Positions 13,910 through 26,389 of a DNA stretch of 64,000 nt are shown one piece after another; the first letter of the stretch is position 1, and the number at the start of each line of letters is the position of its first letter. The notes under the pieces were generated by a model. It worked only from the letters and a program-made list of their open reading frames with translations. It was not told where the DNA came from and did not search any database. The stretch is from Utricularia gibba. Its lineage: Eukaryota > Plantae > Magnoliophyta. The stretch is taken from positions 496,001 through 560,000 of the forward strand of contig CM007989.1 of NCBI GenBank assembly GCA_002189035.1, written 5' to 3'. A program made the position numbers and the translations under genes.

Positions 13910-14926
13910 TATTCCTATCCCTAATACAACCTGGACTCAAACTCAGGTACCTTTCACCGGAAAATCTTGCCGCTCCGTCCCTTGACAAGCACGCGAACAA
14001 AATCGCCCCGGCGACAGACAACTGGAGAGATACAAAAGAATCCAACGGAATTACAACGGTCAAACTCGGAACCCAATAAGCTGCAACCTCCTAACTTCAA
14101 AAGCCCAACGTTGGTCCAAACGGCCCATAATCCCATGCGGCCCAGAAGGTGACATTTTTTGAATATTTTTTTTAAAAAATATTTATTTATTTTATTCAGA
14201 CTTATTTGTTAAATCTTGCCATCGAAAAACAAATCAGACTTTTTTGTTGGTATGTTTAAATTTGTTTCATATAATTAGTATATATATTAGTTTTATATAA
14301 TTATACAACTTACATATTTATATTTTGAATATATAGATAATATACATAAATGAAGGGGGATTAATTATATATATATTGTTTATATATTTAGATTTCTATT
14401 CTCATATATTAAATGTTATATACAATTGAGTATTATATATATTCAATTACATTATATTTAAGCATACTAATAACTTAATATCAAATGACCTCTTTACATA
14501 TTTAATTTGGTGGGTATAGTTATTTTTTTCAATAACATTATTTTCTGAATTAATTTCTTGAACCTTAATTATATTAATCTCAAATAGTATAACTAAAAAT
14601 AAACCTATTGAAGTAAAATTCAGTGAAAGCCAATTTTTCAGTTTTTAATATATATTTTGTAAAATAATTCAGTATTCTATCTTTAAAATTATATTAATCA
14701 ATGAAAATGTCATTTATAAAAAAAATAAATCAACAAAATTTAAATTTTATAAATATAATGAAATATGAATTTTTTTTCATTTTTTTGTTGAATTACAAAA
14801 TTTAAAATACTGTATTCCACTAATCACGTGTTATATATTGCTCAACAATTGTATGGGGTTATGGGATTTAGTAGCAAGTATCGAGACTAAGTGATGAGTA
14901 TTTAGTTAATGCGGACAACTACTCCC

Positions 14927-16959
14927 CTAATTACAAGACGTCCTCGTTGTTCTCCTGTGGAGGATAAGGGCAAGAACTGTCCCCACGCCGCATAAGGCGC
15001 CCCAAATTATGAAGGTGTAGTGGTAGCAGTTCTGTCCGGAGCAGTCCCCCACACTCGTAGCTGAAGAAGAACCCGCCGTAGCAGCGGCATACCTGCTGTA
15101 CACCAGAGCTGCCAGATCCCCGAATAGGAAGGACCCCACGGGATGTTCGACACCAGGATGTTGTGGTTCACCCCGAAGTTCTTGGTGCCGAAGAGCTCCG
15201 CCGTCGCCGGCACTGAGATGGAGGTTATGGCGCCGGTGCACACGCCGATCCCGCCGTGCTGATGTACAGTGCCGTCTCCTTGGCGCTCATCAGCAGGAAG
15301 AAGGAGGCGCAGAGGGCACCATCATGATGCCCATGGCCCCGGCTCTCGTCACCATGTGTTTGCACCTGAAACAATGACGAAAGAAATCAACACCTACTTC
15401 TTTGTGCGGGCAGCTCTGCATTAACTCTGGGAGTGGTTTCATTCCTGCAAAATAATTGCCTCCCCTTTTTCTCTCTGTTTTTTTTATTTGTTTATTATTC
15501 TTTATTTACGTAGGCAAATAATTGCGCGATGGAGATGATGAGTTTCATGGGTAGCCATGAGCGGAGCTTGTGCTCTGCGTATTCCCCACGTCGCCTGCTC
15601 TACGTGTAACTTTTGCATACAGAAACGCCTTTTTCACGCACTCATCTTCAGACCCATTTCGACCGCCTACGTGTACGCACCATTTTTTTTTCTCTAAGCA
15701 AGGTGTCACCTAACAGTAAATGTAGGTTCAATGCTTTGTCAATGGCTATTTCCCCCCACTGTAAATGGGGCATGGGATGTTTGATGTTCATCTGGATAGT
15801 TTATAGTTAAAATTTTGATTTGGGGATGGGTAGGTAGATAGTTAGTTAGTTACCTGGGGAAGAAGAAGTCGAGGAGGGACGGAAGGAGGCGGCCGAAGAA
15901 ACCAAAGGCGGCGGAGAGGGAAACCAGGGATGAGGCATCCTCACAGCCGCGGGACTGGGCGATTTGTCCGAGATTGTTCAAGTAAACCAGTCCCAGAGTG
16001 GCTCCGAAGAAGTAGACCATGTAGTATAACCAGAAATTGAGAGTTTTCACCATTTCCAGAGCTCCGACTTCGCAGGCTCCGCCTGTTTCAGTCTCTGTTG
16101 TTTGCTGCCCATTTTCCAGGCTTTTCAAGCTGACTTCTTTTGTGTTGAAGGCCTCATCGTGTACTCTGATCAAGCACCTCCCTTTCACCTTCTCCCTTAT
16201 GCTCTCCGCAATCGGAACGACGACCGGCAACGCCAGAAGCAGCCACATCCCCGTGACGATGGCGTATTTCGACATCATGGCTTTCACCGTTTCCAGACTC
16301 GTGACCACCGCGAAACTACCCGTTAAAATCGTGATGAGGAACATGAAGAAGAAGCCATTGGTTAATCGCTTCGATGTCTTGGGTTCGACGCTCCTCATCA
16401 GGGGAGACAGAGCAATGCAGAGTATCCCCGGAACGACGGCGTTCACCAGTAGGAACGCCTTGGCCCTGTCGCTGGGGGATTTTGTCGGGATCACATCCAC
16501 AATGTCTGTGTAAATCTTGGCGCTTAATCCAATATAACTGGTCGATATTCCGACGGCGATCTGACGATCCAAAGGGTAGCTCTTGATGACGGTGACGTAA
16601 CAAACGGTGTTGATCCAGCAGATACTGTTCCCCGCCAGAACCGTGAGAAGAAAGATTTGCCAGTACGCCAAGCTCTCGATCTCCCCCGTCAGAAACAGGA
16701 ACTGGAAGCCGTACCCCACAAGAGCCAGAAGGAAGCCGATACAGAGCACAATCCAGAGAGGGAAGTACGCAGCTGCCAGACCGGAAACCCAGCCGAATAA
16801 CTTCCCGGCGTCAGAGGCAGAGGCCAGATTATTGAGCTGCATCTGCGATATAGAGAGCAGCTTCTTGAGCTCCGAGGAGTAGGCCGGAAAATTGGAGTTG
16901 GTGCCGTTGATCGCCTGGAGCCAAATAGCAGACACGAGTGCCAGCCATTGAAGCGCCAT
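14927..16959 (-). CDS. NFD4/nodulin-like major facilitator superfamily protein (2 exons; three apparent 1-bp frameshifts in exon 2)
   Basis: MALQWLALVSAIWLQAINGTNSNFPAYSSELK...LNNLASASDAGKLFGW; NSICWINTVCY; FWLYYMVYFFGATLGLVYLNNLGQIA; ELFGTKNFGVNHNILVSNIP; C-terminal C-G-x-C-Y motif. Exon 1 is 16959-~15856; exon 2 starts ~15364. TATA (CTATAAATA on the - strand) at ~17030. Confidence 0.92.
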
Positions 16960-19900
16960 TGAAACCCCAAGTGTGTGTCTCTGTGTGTGACGCGACTTGG
17001 GAAGAGGACCATGGAGTGGAGCGGTGTATTTATAGTGACGATGGGGGGTGTCCCCAACTGCATTAAACACATCACTCCCCTCCCTTTTACCGCTTCTCCA
17101 GAAATCGATCAAATCCTCACGTTCCAATATTCCGATCTCCAAAATCCAACTTTCCGGGTGCCGGTTTTTCACATTTTACTTCACAATTTCGTGTCCCAAA
17201 ACTCCCCCCCCCCCCCCCCTAGCATCTTCCTAGATCTTGAAAACCCTACAACTTGCCAAAATCAACCCCCACAGTGCCCCCCGCCGGGTCAGAACTTCCT
17301 ACAAGAATAAAAAAACAAAGTAGAGTCAAGATGTAATAAACGTGGCATCCAAAGTAAATTCCTTTTTCAATCGTGATTAAGAATGATCAAACTCTTTCCA
17401 ATCCCCATAGTCATGAAAAAGTGGCGAATCCAACGGGGGAGACAAGGGTCCTAGCCCCTCCCCTTTGAAAAAAACAAAACAAATAAATCCAGAAAAAAAA
17501 AAACCACACAGAGACACATGCACAACAACACACAGCACCAGGGTTTGGTCTCCCATAGAATCCATCATCTTTAGCGTGTTAAGATTAAAGATTGGATGGT
17601 TACAATAAACATACGTGAAATTAAAATACATAAAAAAATATAAATTATATAAGAAAAATATTAAATACAAAAGATTATTAATATTTTATAATTTATTATA
17701 TACTTGATTATTTTAATTTCAAATATTGATATAGAATTATTTATTATAATACATGTTTTCCTTTCATCTCATCATTTAGGGAATTAGAACTGCAAATCAG
17801 GTTATATTTACCTAAAACCTCGCTAATTAAGTTAATTATGGTGAGAGGGTGGCAAGTCAGACACGGCCATTTCCCAACTTGACTCCTTCCTACCCTAATC
17901 AAATCCCGTGTCTCCTCCCTTCCCTATTTTTTTTTCGAGTATTTAATTAATAATATATTTGAATTGATTGAAATTTTACCAATTCAACAAGTAACTCTTT
18001 TACTTTCAAAACTGGCCTAAAAGGGTTAAACCAACCTGCCTATTTTATCCAATTTTCCATAAATATTAGTAATGTGTTGTAAGTATTTTCTCAACGGTTA
18101 TCAGTTATTATGGTAAAGAAAATTTCCCATGCATTAAATAATATCTTCTAGTGGGAGCTAGGAAGAACAATTCTTTGCTCTAGTACACGTAAGCATGACT
18201 CCTAGTATTACATCATCGACATACGTAAAGATGATTTTGAAAAGTAATCATTGTGTGTGTGAAAAATAACAATCCTATATATAAAATTTTGGTTTTAATG
18301 TGTGAAAAAAAATATTAGTATGGTTAATTTTCAAAAAGGCCTCTTACATACATATATGTCCTTTGTATGTGTGTTCGTGTTGGCAAGACATAATATTTGA
18401 TCATGGAGATGGTGTTACTCTGCCATAATCATCGTATCAAATACATTTATATTTATGCAATAATCCACACGAACGGAAGGAGTTGCGCGACAGGGGGGTT
18501 GCCGCCGGTGCATTGGAACTTAGGGTTTATTCTCTGGTGATAAGGCAAGGGCTTGTGCATGAGAATATTGGTATTGCTTCTCCGAGTATGTGGCTGGCCT
18601 TGCACGGAGATGGCTGCCGGGAGGGCGTGGCGGGACTACAGCCCATGTTAGAGGAATCCGAATCTCAGCCGTTTGATTGGATTCGCGGCATCTCGATGTT
18701 GACCGTTGGATTGGATTCGGCGGGAACTGCAGTCAAGTCCCCCTCGTACCTCAATCAATAGTGGACACGTGTCCGTACGCCATGCTCTGCCACGTGTCAC
18801 ACTTTAAGGCCCTCCCGTCCCATCAATTAATTAATTGTTTTGTATGATACGTGATTAATTAATATCACATTTAATTGATGAATAAATTTAAAAAATGGAT
18901 TCGATCCATTCAATAATATTTTATTTTTTCAAGATATATCACTATTTTATTTCTTTATAAATAATAAATCACTGATAAAAAAAATTATTTAGCTCACGTG
19001 TCTAGGGTTTGATCGATCGCTCTAACAATTGGGTAAGAATTCCGAAACGCATGTTAATAGATCCAAGGGAACGCCCGACCACTCTGTTGCGTGTTCCCTT
19101 TCCAACAAATCACCCGGTTGGGTTTAGGGTTTGCGTCACCGTACAACGTGTGAGCTACTGCGTTTCTGAGGTCGCCGTTGCGTGATCGGGGCTTCAATTG
19201 ACTTGAAAAAGGAATGAGAGGAGGAGTCGCATCCTGAGTGTTTGAGCGTCAACATATCCCAAATTGGCGACTCCCTCCCAGTCCCAGATCCTAGGCGTTA
19301 GCCCACCTACGCCACGATTACTTGGTCGCACGACACTGAACCAATTTGCTGAAACATGCCAAGAGAAGATGGGTGGCGTCACGTGTAGTGCTTGCAACGG
19401 GACGGGAAAAGCGTCGGGTATGCATGGCTTTCGAAAATCAACGGTCTTGCGCATGGGTTCTAGAGGCATCGGGCTCTGATGCCGTGCCCCGCATCTCCTG
19501 TGCCGGAATCGATCACGCCACGACACGGCATAACTTGTGGGTTGTTTTAAGGCATTAGTTCCTGAAAAGGGAGGGCTACTAGGGCTTTTACACTGAATTG
19601 AGAGATGCCAAAAGAACAAAAAGAGAAAGAAGTGTTCTCGCCCCGGTTCTGATGCGTTATATTCGATCCTCTGTTTCCATTAGGGTTTGTTAGGTCTGAT
19701 AAATAATCTAAGTATTTCGAAACCCCATGGGCCTATCCCGAGGAAGACTAGAGGCTTGATATTGGATCCGGCCCGCAAAACATCATCGATCGAAGCTGCC
19801 GTGCGCCTGACAAAAGTGGTTCCTGTTTTAAATTTCAAAATTGACGGGCGACTGCCGACGGTGGTCGGCGACCGGCCGGCGGCGACAGTAGGTGGTGGAA

Positions 19901-21771
19901 ATGTTTGATAAAAGAGTATGGATTTTGACGTAATATAATACGGTACCAACCATATGCATATCAAACTACTATTCAATATTAAAAATCAAATATGTCTTAC
20001 TTTTAAATATTATAAATTAATTTTAGTCGATGAACCAATTAAAAATTCACTATTTTCATGAAAAAATACAAAATAAAATCTACAATAAATTTATACCATC
20101 ATCAATACTCATTGATGAGCAGATTATTAATCTTTTTTTTAACTTACAAATCTCTTTTTTGAAATAAAAATTATAAATAATATCAACTATGCTCGTTTTG
20201 AGGGGTTCGATCGCGATGTCACAAACTATATTGTACAAACTAATAATGGTGGTTGTCGATATGCAGGATGTCAAACTCAATATTCCTTGTAATATGTATT
20301 TATCGAATAAAAACAAAATGAAAACACTCGTTTTCAAAAGCCGATGGAGATCCTTTGAGCAATATATCACACACCTCATATGAGAGGATAATATCTATGC
20401 ACAAGTGTGGGTTCACGGGTTTGGGGATACATTGATATGAGTATGAATGAAGATTCATTAAATTTAGATGTATCTGTATTTAAATTAAAAATTATTCATT
20501 AAAAATAACTAAATTTAAAAATCAAATTATATAATAACAAATAATTAATTTGATATATAAATTTTAAAATTAATTATTAATAATAAAGTAAATAAATAAA
20601 TATATAAATATCGAAATATCATATTACTCACTATTTAAAAGAAAAATCTAATATTGTAAATATTAAAATTAGCATACATGAATAACATAATTTTAATCTT
20701 AATGAAAAAAATAATTCACACAATCATTATGAAATAAAATAAAAAATAAAATAAAATAATAATTATAGAATTGAATGAGGTTATTGAATAATAATATTTT
20801 ATATAATTTTTTCTTGTTTTTAATTTGTCTTTTTAATAATAATTTGTTGGATATATGTATATGAATTCATATATATCTATATATCTATCATCTATGAATC
20901 CGTGTATCATTTACATAAAATAGGAGAATCAATGCATTATAGGATAATATAGGGCTATTTTTTACTCTTTTTTATTGTGAACATAATTTTATTGTCAAAT
21001 ATGATTAATTTATGTTTAAAAAAACAGAAAATATAAAATATATTTTTCTCACTTTAGATGACATGGGCCTTGGTGAACCATGTGTTCCAGGTCATGGTTC
21101 CAATCTTGTATCTCCATTCACATTATCTTGATGTATATATCCAATTTTTTATTTTATTAAAAATACTAGTAGATAATAATTATTTTTTTGAAAAACCAAA
21201 ATATTAATTTCTTAATAATTCAATGGCTGCTATGTCTTGTGTACTGAGAATATAGGATGAAACGTAGGTATAAGATATATTTAAATATTTTTAATAAACC
21301 CCAAATCTTCCATTCTCCATACTTATTAAATATCTTTTTTTTCAAACTATTCTTATAAAATTTTAAAAAAAGAAAAAAAATACAAGTAGTCATTGGAATT
21401 GACTCATGCCTCACGTAATGAATGACATAGATGTGTGAGCGCGTTGAAATATGGTACGTAACCTTGACTTACCAGGTAATTCAAGACTGTTGATGTAGTG
21501 ATTTTTTTTTTTTTCCGATTCAATTCAATCGAAACTCATGATTTTTTAAATTTGATTTAACAACTTTGTATAAAAATAAAAAAAATATGAAATTTTAAAA
21601 TAATATTTACAAAGCATAGGTTAAATAAAAGGGAAAAATGCACTATATGAGTTTCTAATGTATTACAAAGACGGATTCCGCAGAATAGGGAATGCAAAGG
21701 AAAGAAGACTTGGCTCCTACGGTACAAAAGCAAAGATACAAACACAAACACGAGTTTCTCTAACTAATCGT

Positions 21772-23052
21772 TTAATTAACGGTGACGGAACTGGGTAACG
21801 GCGTTACTAATGGCACCGGTGGATGGACAATCAACGGCCGGATCTTATCCTTCCACAAGTTAGCAAACACGTCAGCATCTCCAGATTTCCATTTGGCTTC
21901 CACCACCACCAGCCTGTCGGTCAACCGGTACACCTCCACACCCAACACGAAGTTACTCTCTTGCCCCTCTAGCTCCACCGCGCAATCTTTCAACCGCCGC
22001 GTCGTCTTCACGCTCCCCTCCACCGCCTTCACCACATTCTCCATCACGATCTCCGGCGACTCCTCCACCGCCATCCGCTCCAGGACGCCGCGGCCGTCGT
22101 TGAGGATGCCGGAGATGTCTAGGCCTGAGGAGAAGGAGATTATGTCGAAGGCGTTGAGGTGCGAGAGTTTCATCTCGCCGATTTTGAACCCAGTGGTCGA
22201 TGCTTCTTCGTTTCCGTGGAGGTTGATCTCTTTGTAGCCTTTTCTGAACCATGGATCTTGTTTGATTTCTACGACTGTGATTCTGGTGCTGGGATCTACG
22301 TCGAGGAGGCGAGAGATGAGGCGTTTTAGGGCGGGGGAAATCCATTTGGGGCAGCGGTATTCCCCTTTGTGTATCTTCCGGTACATGTTCATCAAATTGG
22401 AGTCGTGGAAGGGCAAATAACCGGCGATAAGGACGAAGAGAATGACGCCGCAGGACCAGATATCGATCTTCGCGCCGTCGTAGCCTTTCTTCGCGAGAAT
22501 CTCTGGCGCAACGTATGCCGGAGTACCGCAAAGCGTGTGCAACAATCCATCGGACCGAATCTGATCCGTCAAAGCGCTGAGACCGAAATCGGAGACTTTG
22601 AGGTCCTCGTTCTCATCGAGCAGCAAGTTCTCCGGTTTTAGGTCCCGATGGTAAATACCCTGCGAGTGGAAGTGGCTTACGGCGGAGATAAGCTGGTGGA
22701 AGTATTTCCGGGTGACTGCCTCGGTGAATCGTCCCTTAGCAACCTTCTGGAAGAGCTCGCCGCCTTTCACGAACTCCATCACGAAATATATCTTCGTCTT
22801 CGTGGCGAGGACTTCGTAGAGCTTCACTGCGTACGGGTGGCGCAACCGCCTCATGATCGATATCTCCCTGGTGATTCCAGCCATAAGATGTGCGTTGTTG
22901 TTCAGCCTGCTCTTCTGTATCACCTTAATCGCGACGCTCTTTCCGGTAGCGATTTCTCTGCCGTGGTACACCTTCGCGAAGGCGCCGCATCCTAGAAGTT
23001 TTCCGACCTCGTACTTGTTGAACAATGGCTTCTCCGGGAAGGAATCAGCCAT
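21772..23052 (-). CDS. CBL-interacting Ser/Thr protein kinase (SnRK3/CIPK, intronless clade, CIPK11/14-like)
   Basis: GKLLGCGAFAKVY, YHRDLKPENLL, DFGLSAL, HTLCGTPAYVAPE, and NAF motif LNAFDIISFSSGLDISG. Single exon, 426 aa from MADSFPEK. Confidence 0.96.
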   Translation of the reverse strand: MADSFPEKPLFNKYEVGKLLGCGAFAKVYHGREIATGKSVAIKVIQKSRLNNNAHLMAGITREISIMRRLRHPYAVKLYEVLATKTKIYFVMEFVKGGELFQKVAKGRFTEAVTRKYFHQLISAVSHFHSQGIYHRDLKPENLLLDENEDLKVSDFGLSALTDQIRSDGLLHTLCGTPAYVAPEILAKKGYDGAKIDIWSCGVILFVLIAGYLPFHDSNLMNMYRKIHKGEYRCPKWISPALKRLISRLLDVDPSTRITVVEIKQDPWFRKGYKEINLHGNEEASTTGFKIGEMKLSHLNAFDIISFSSGLDISGILNDGRGVLERMAVEESPEIVMENVVKAVEGSVKTTRRLKDCAVELEGQESNFVLGVEVYRLTDRLVVVEAKWKSGDADVFANLWKDKIRPLIVHPPVPLVTPLPSSVTVN

Positions 23053-23374
23053 TCTCAAAGGATCTCCGGCGACAACCAACCGGAGATCCAAAAACACGGC
23101 GGAGAGGAGTTACGGCAACTAGGAAAATAGGTGAATCTCAGGGTTGGTGTCAAGTAAAGTGAATTAATAGGCGCCGGTGATGGAGGGGAACCGTACGCTG
23201 ATAGACGGAGGAGAATTAATGAATGGACAATAATAATTAAAATATTATTATTTTCAAATTTAAACACAAAATTAAAAAAAATAAATTGTGAATCGTTTTC
23301 AACTCATTTACGAAGAAAGATTCGTAACGGCACTCTGAAACTCTTTTTTTTTTTAATTTTATTTATTTTTCCAA

Positions 23375-24043
23375 CTAAGGAACGTATAGTTTATTGCCAC
23401 ACTTGCACCTCCAAGCTTCGGGGTAGTACTCGGCGGTGACTGGGGTTCCCGGCGGCACAGCCACGTGGACCGCCCGGCACGGCGTGCATCGGCCGCATTT
23501 GGAGTTGCAACGCGGCGGCCAAGATCCTGGCCGGGAGAGTAGTCTCCTGGCGCCGCCGCTGTTGATTCTCTCGTTCGTATTCTGGAGTTGCAGCCGCATT
23601 TGGAGTTTCCGGTTTAGGATTGAAGAAAAAAGCGGATCAAAAACAGTTAAATTGATCGATGATGGTTGCTGAAAGAGAAGGAGCGATCACCTGGAAAAAA
23701 TGAATGGACTCAAGACTCAGCGAGCAAGCTTTCTCTGCATTTCTCAATAGAGATCCCCCTATATACATTATGATGACATTTTTTCAGGTGGGGAAATCGT
23801 TGCCGAGAGTGGTGTGCTGCTGTCGATTAAAATAACTGAATCGAGATCGAGAGGAGCGGTGGGATCACCTGATCGAGGATCAAGATGGCTGCTTTGGAAG
23901 AAAGTTACATGGAACAAGAAGAAGTAGAAGAAGAAGCAACAAAACAAGAGGAGTGAGCAGAAATGTAGGCATCTCCACCAGTCTCTGAAGTCAGTTATGT
24001 GTTTGATTCCATCGAAACCTGAAAACAAATCCTTGCAGCTCAT
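23375..24043 (-). CDS. EPFL6: EPIDERMAL PATTERNING FACTOR-like secreted peptide, CHALLAH/EPFL4-5-6 clade; 5' exon structure unresolved
   Basis: Mature peptide GSWPPRCNSKCGRCTPCRAVHVAVPPGTPVTAEYYPEAWRCKCGNKLYVP closely matches EPFL6/CHALLAH. A hydrophobic signal-like segment lies at ~23880-23980. I could not join the exons in frame, so the start position is uncertain. Confidence 0.85.
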
Positions 24044-25262
24044 TGTTGGCTCCCCATGCAGCTGATCCAAGCTGCTTCTCTAGCTATCCCAGTTAGAGGC
24101 TCAATGGATCCTGTTGCAGTTATATATATATCTCGACTGTACTCTTCTAGTGGAAGCAAGTAAGCAATGCAAAGAGGGTCAAGGTCAAATGGGAAAATCA
24201 AGAAATTGAAAAGGGTGTTGCTTGAGTGGATTTTTGCCATGTTTGGATGCCTTCTGCAGCTTTTCCAAGGCTGTCCCTCTTTCTTTCATTCAGTAGTGCG
24301 TTCATCTCACCTGCAGCAAGGCTGAGGCTCCACCTTAACTGCACAGAATCCCAATGACATTTCACTTTCATTTCAACCATCCAAAAAGAAATTTCATTCT
24401 CTTCTGCTTGTTTTTTGTATGATATGGTGATGGGTATCTATCAAATCCTCAAAATATTCCATTTCTTCACACGCAGTGGCCCCGAGAATTGAAGACAACC
24501 AGATGAGAACAAAAACATGATAGAAAAAGGGGACAGACCCCACTGACGTTTCAATGGAAAGCAAGATGATGGGGGTCACATGTCGCGGATAAAGCGTCGC
24601 TTTGCTGATGCACAGCATGTTTGCGCATTCTTTGAGTGAACATGGATGACAATGGGGAGTTCCCCTGACTAAAGAATGTACCCTTCATCCCTTAACAGAG
24701 GATTTGAATGAGTCGCGAGCCAATTTCGATCCCTCGGTGCGAGGATCTGGGATTTCGAACAAACAAAAAGCAGTAGAAACCGAGAAGTTATTGAGAAGCT
24801 TAAGGTTAACTGATAAACTGTTAAGCACCGCTTCCTTTCGCTCTGCTTTTGGCGACAGAGGAAGAAGAAGACAGGTGGTCTTGATTCGAACTGATCTGGT
24901 TCAAGAAGAGAAAGGAGTTCTTCTTGTCAAATCGGGCCCAATTCATGTCAAGTATCCAATCGATTTTGGGCCAAACAAGACTTGCCCCATTTCATCCCCG
25001 GATGGCCACTCACAGCAGCTTCGATCTTGGCGTCACCCCACAGATTCTCCGACATTGGTTTAAGGCCAAGGATACTGTTCAAGAAAGGGCAAAAGGGCAT
25101 CGGGTTTATCAGAAATCTGAGCAAGTTTTTGGTAATCGCTGAAGTTTTGTCAGATCTTGACTTGGGAATTACAGGGCAGTTTCTTGATTGAAATGTGTTG
25201 GATTAGGGGTCTCCTTTGATTCGCTTCCAATTGCGGTTGTTGGAGTGGAGTGGTTGAGGGAA

Positions 25263-25817
25263 ATGGTGGCCTCCGGAACAAATTCGTTCGCCAAGGAAAT
25301 GGCAGTGAGGAAGCGAATTGGGAGCATATACAACAAAAGAGAGGAAGATTTCTCGTCGTTGAGGGAATACAATGACTATTTAGAGGAAGTAGAGGAAATG
25401 ATAGTTGATCTAGTGGAGGGCATCAATGTTACTGCAATCGAGTCCAGAATTTCTCAGTATCAGAAAGAAAATTCTGAGCAAATCATGAATGCTCAAGCTC
25501 GCAAGGCTGAGGAATATGCAGCTGCATTGGCTGCAAGCAAGGGAGGAGTTACACAAAAAGATTTTGAACTTGAGGCTCCATCAAGCAATGCTGCTGTCAC
25601 TCAAGGAGGGCATTACGCTCCGGCTATTGCACAGCAGCCACGCCCTATGGGGATGGGCCCTCAGCCGATGCCACTCAGCTCCGGCCTTGGAAATGAATAT
25701 GAGGATGAGGAAATGATGAAGCTTCGGTGTGAAAAAGCTGCTAGAGCTGGTGGATGGAGTATAGAGATAACTAGGAAAAGGGCACTTGAAGATGCTTTTT
25801 CTAGCATTTGGATCTAG
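25263..25817 (+). CDS. MAT1: CDK-activating kinase assembly factor MAT1 (plant type, no N-terminal RING), intronless CDS
   Basis: KEMAVRKRIGSIYNKREEDFSSLREYNDYLEEVEEMIVDLVEGINV and C-terminal RAGGWSIEITRKRALEDAFSSI. Confidence 0.9.
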   Translation: MVASGTNSFAKEMAVRKRIGSIYNKREEDFSSLREYNDYLEEVEEMIVDLVEGINVTAIESRISQYQKENSEQIMNAQARKAEEYAAALAASKGGVTQKDFELEAPSSNAAVTQGGHYAPAIAQQPRPMGMGPQPMPLSSGLGNEYEDEEMMKLRCEKAARAGGWSIEITRKRALEDAFSSIWI

Positions 25818-26389
25818 TATGTGGGAACCAACCTTACAGCCTCATCGTTGCAAAAATGTAGAAACAGAGAGTTTTGTGGTCTTTAAACAAGGTGCTACTG
25901 TAGGATGCTTTTTTTTTTTGCTACAAGGTTCTTCTTGTAAAAGCCTGGTCCTTGCTACTTGGTTCATGGGGTGCGCAAGTCGAGCTTGTGTAATAGGATG
26001 AAAAAGGATGTGCGGAAAGCTGGTTCTCTACAGCTAAACAACTCGCAAATACTGTGGGCTGGTTGATTCATTGATACACAAAAGAGACACTTGCATTTTC
26101 TTTTGAAATCTTGTGTTTTGATGCCATTTGGATTTGATATGGAGATTCATGTTTGAAGGCATCTCTGTTTGTCATTTGCAAGCAATGGAATAGCTGAAAC
26201 TTGCCTGCACATTTTCTCAACTAAGTTTAGAAATGCATTAGCCAAACACAGCCTGTATATAGTACAGTACAACATCACTCTGGAGAAAACACTATAATAG
26301 GTGCATCAACAACATAAGAAATGAAGAAATATATGGAGAGGAAAAAAATCCACAGGGTGAAGAGTATCCTCTGCTTTCTGATCGCTACC

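Noticed and set aside
17420-17470. AGTGGCGAATCC...GGGG segment resembling one terminus of a MITE
   Set aside because: No matching second terminus or target-site duplication found; too weak to annotate.
19100-19140. AAACCCTAAACCC on the - strand as a telomerase RNA template
   Set aside because: No USE (TCCCACATCG-like) plus TATA Pol III promoter at the expected distance and no G-rich 5' end. Better explained as a telo-box.
19465-19490. GGCATCAGAGCC as a tRNA-iMet primer-binding site of an LTR element or pararetrovirus
   Set aside because: Imperfect match (lacks TGGTA). No paired LTRs, polypurine tract, or gag/pol/RT remnants nearby.
21782-22995. Long + strand ORFs (151, 90, 115 aa) and an alternate-frame - ORF (192 aa) over CIPK
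   Set aside because: Shadow ORFs of a GC-rich coding sequence, with no independent motifs.
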